A DNA stretch of 63,761 nucleotides, filler included, from Octopus bimaculoides (lineage: Eukaryota), in the NCBI RefSeq assembly GCF_001194135.2. It is 9 parts of 7 records of this genome, joined end to end, with 100 filler letters (N's around TTAATTAATTAA, not from the genome) between each part and the next. Parts side by side here need not be neighbours in the genome. Positions count along the whole stretch, not along the records: positions 62,653 to 63,761 come from NC_068994.1; 8 more parts are not named here. One strand, 5' to 3'. Below are positions 63,412 to 63,761 of the stretch, piece after piece. The number at the start of each line of letters is the position of its first letter. Position 1 is the first letter of the stretch. The notes below the pieces were generated by a model. It searched no databases. It worked only from the letters and a program-made list of their open reading frames with translations, and was not told the DNA's origin. A program made the position numbers and the translations under genes.

Positions 63412-63761
63412 AGTACATGGATTTACACAGGAAATAGATATGAAATTCGGATTAGAAAAATGAGTACATGTATTTACCAAGGAAATAGATATGAAATTCG
63501 GATTAGAAAAATGTGCCAAAGTAACACTGAAAAGAGGAAAACTAGTTAAGAGTAGCAACATTACACTAGATAAAGCCAATGATATAAGAGAATTAGACGA
63601 AAGCCAGCCATACAAATATTTAGGAATCAATGAACTAGATAGGATAAAACACACACAAATGAAAGAAAAAATAAAGAAAGAGTACTATAGACGAGTTAGA
63701 TCAATACTAAAAACAGAGCTCAATGCTAAAAACAAGATAATAGATATTAACACTTTAACTG
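63412..63761 (+). mobile_element. R4/Dong-type LINE RT fragment, runs off the window end
   Basis: MKFGLEKCAKVTLKRGKLV...YKYLGINE...KEYYRRVRSILKTELNAKNKI..IN. Confidence 0.9.

Overview
AT-rich, repeat-dominated eukaryotic scaffold with many N gaps. The SINE families and the microsatellite load suggest an octopus (coleoid cephalopod) genome; this is inferred from recalled repeat consensuses, not from a search. I find no intact host protein-coding gene; almost all ORF-track entries are microsatellite or gap artefacts. Main hidden signal: bases ~200-16200 (+) carry splice-flanked, stop- and frameshift-riddled segments. By manual translation they resemble, in collinear order, four successive S1-S6/pore/C-linker/CNBD units, i.e. 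a decayed four-repeat cyclic-nucleotide-gated K+ channel (CNGK/tetraKCNG-like) pseudogene. The rest is transposon debris: Penelope-like elements (RT, GIY-YIG) with minimal hammerhead ribozyme motifs and inverted terminal duplications; four R4/Dong-type LINE fragments and a non-coding element, all sitting in or against (TAA)n; Helitron pieces; Tc1 and maT-like transposons; MITEs; a Tx1/L1-like ORF1; three tRNA-derived SINE families; 26-bp and 20-bp minisatellites; and several long fold-back structures. All protein similarities are by-eye motif matches and need HMM/BLAST confirmation.
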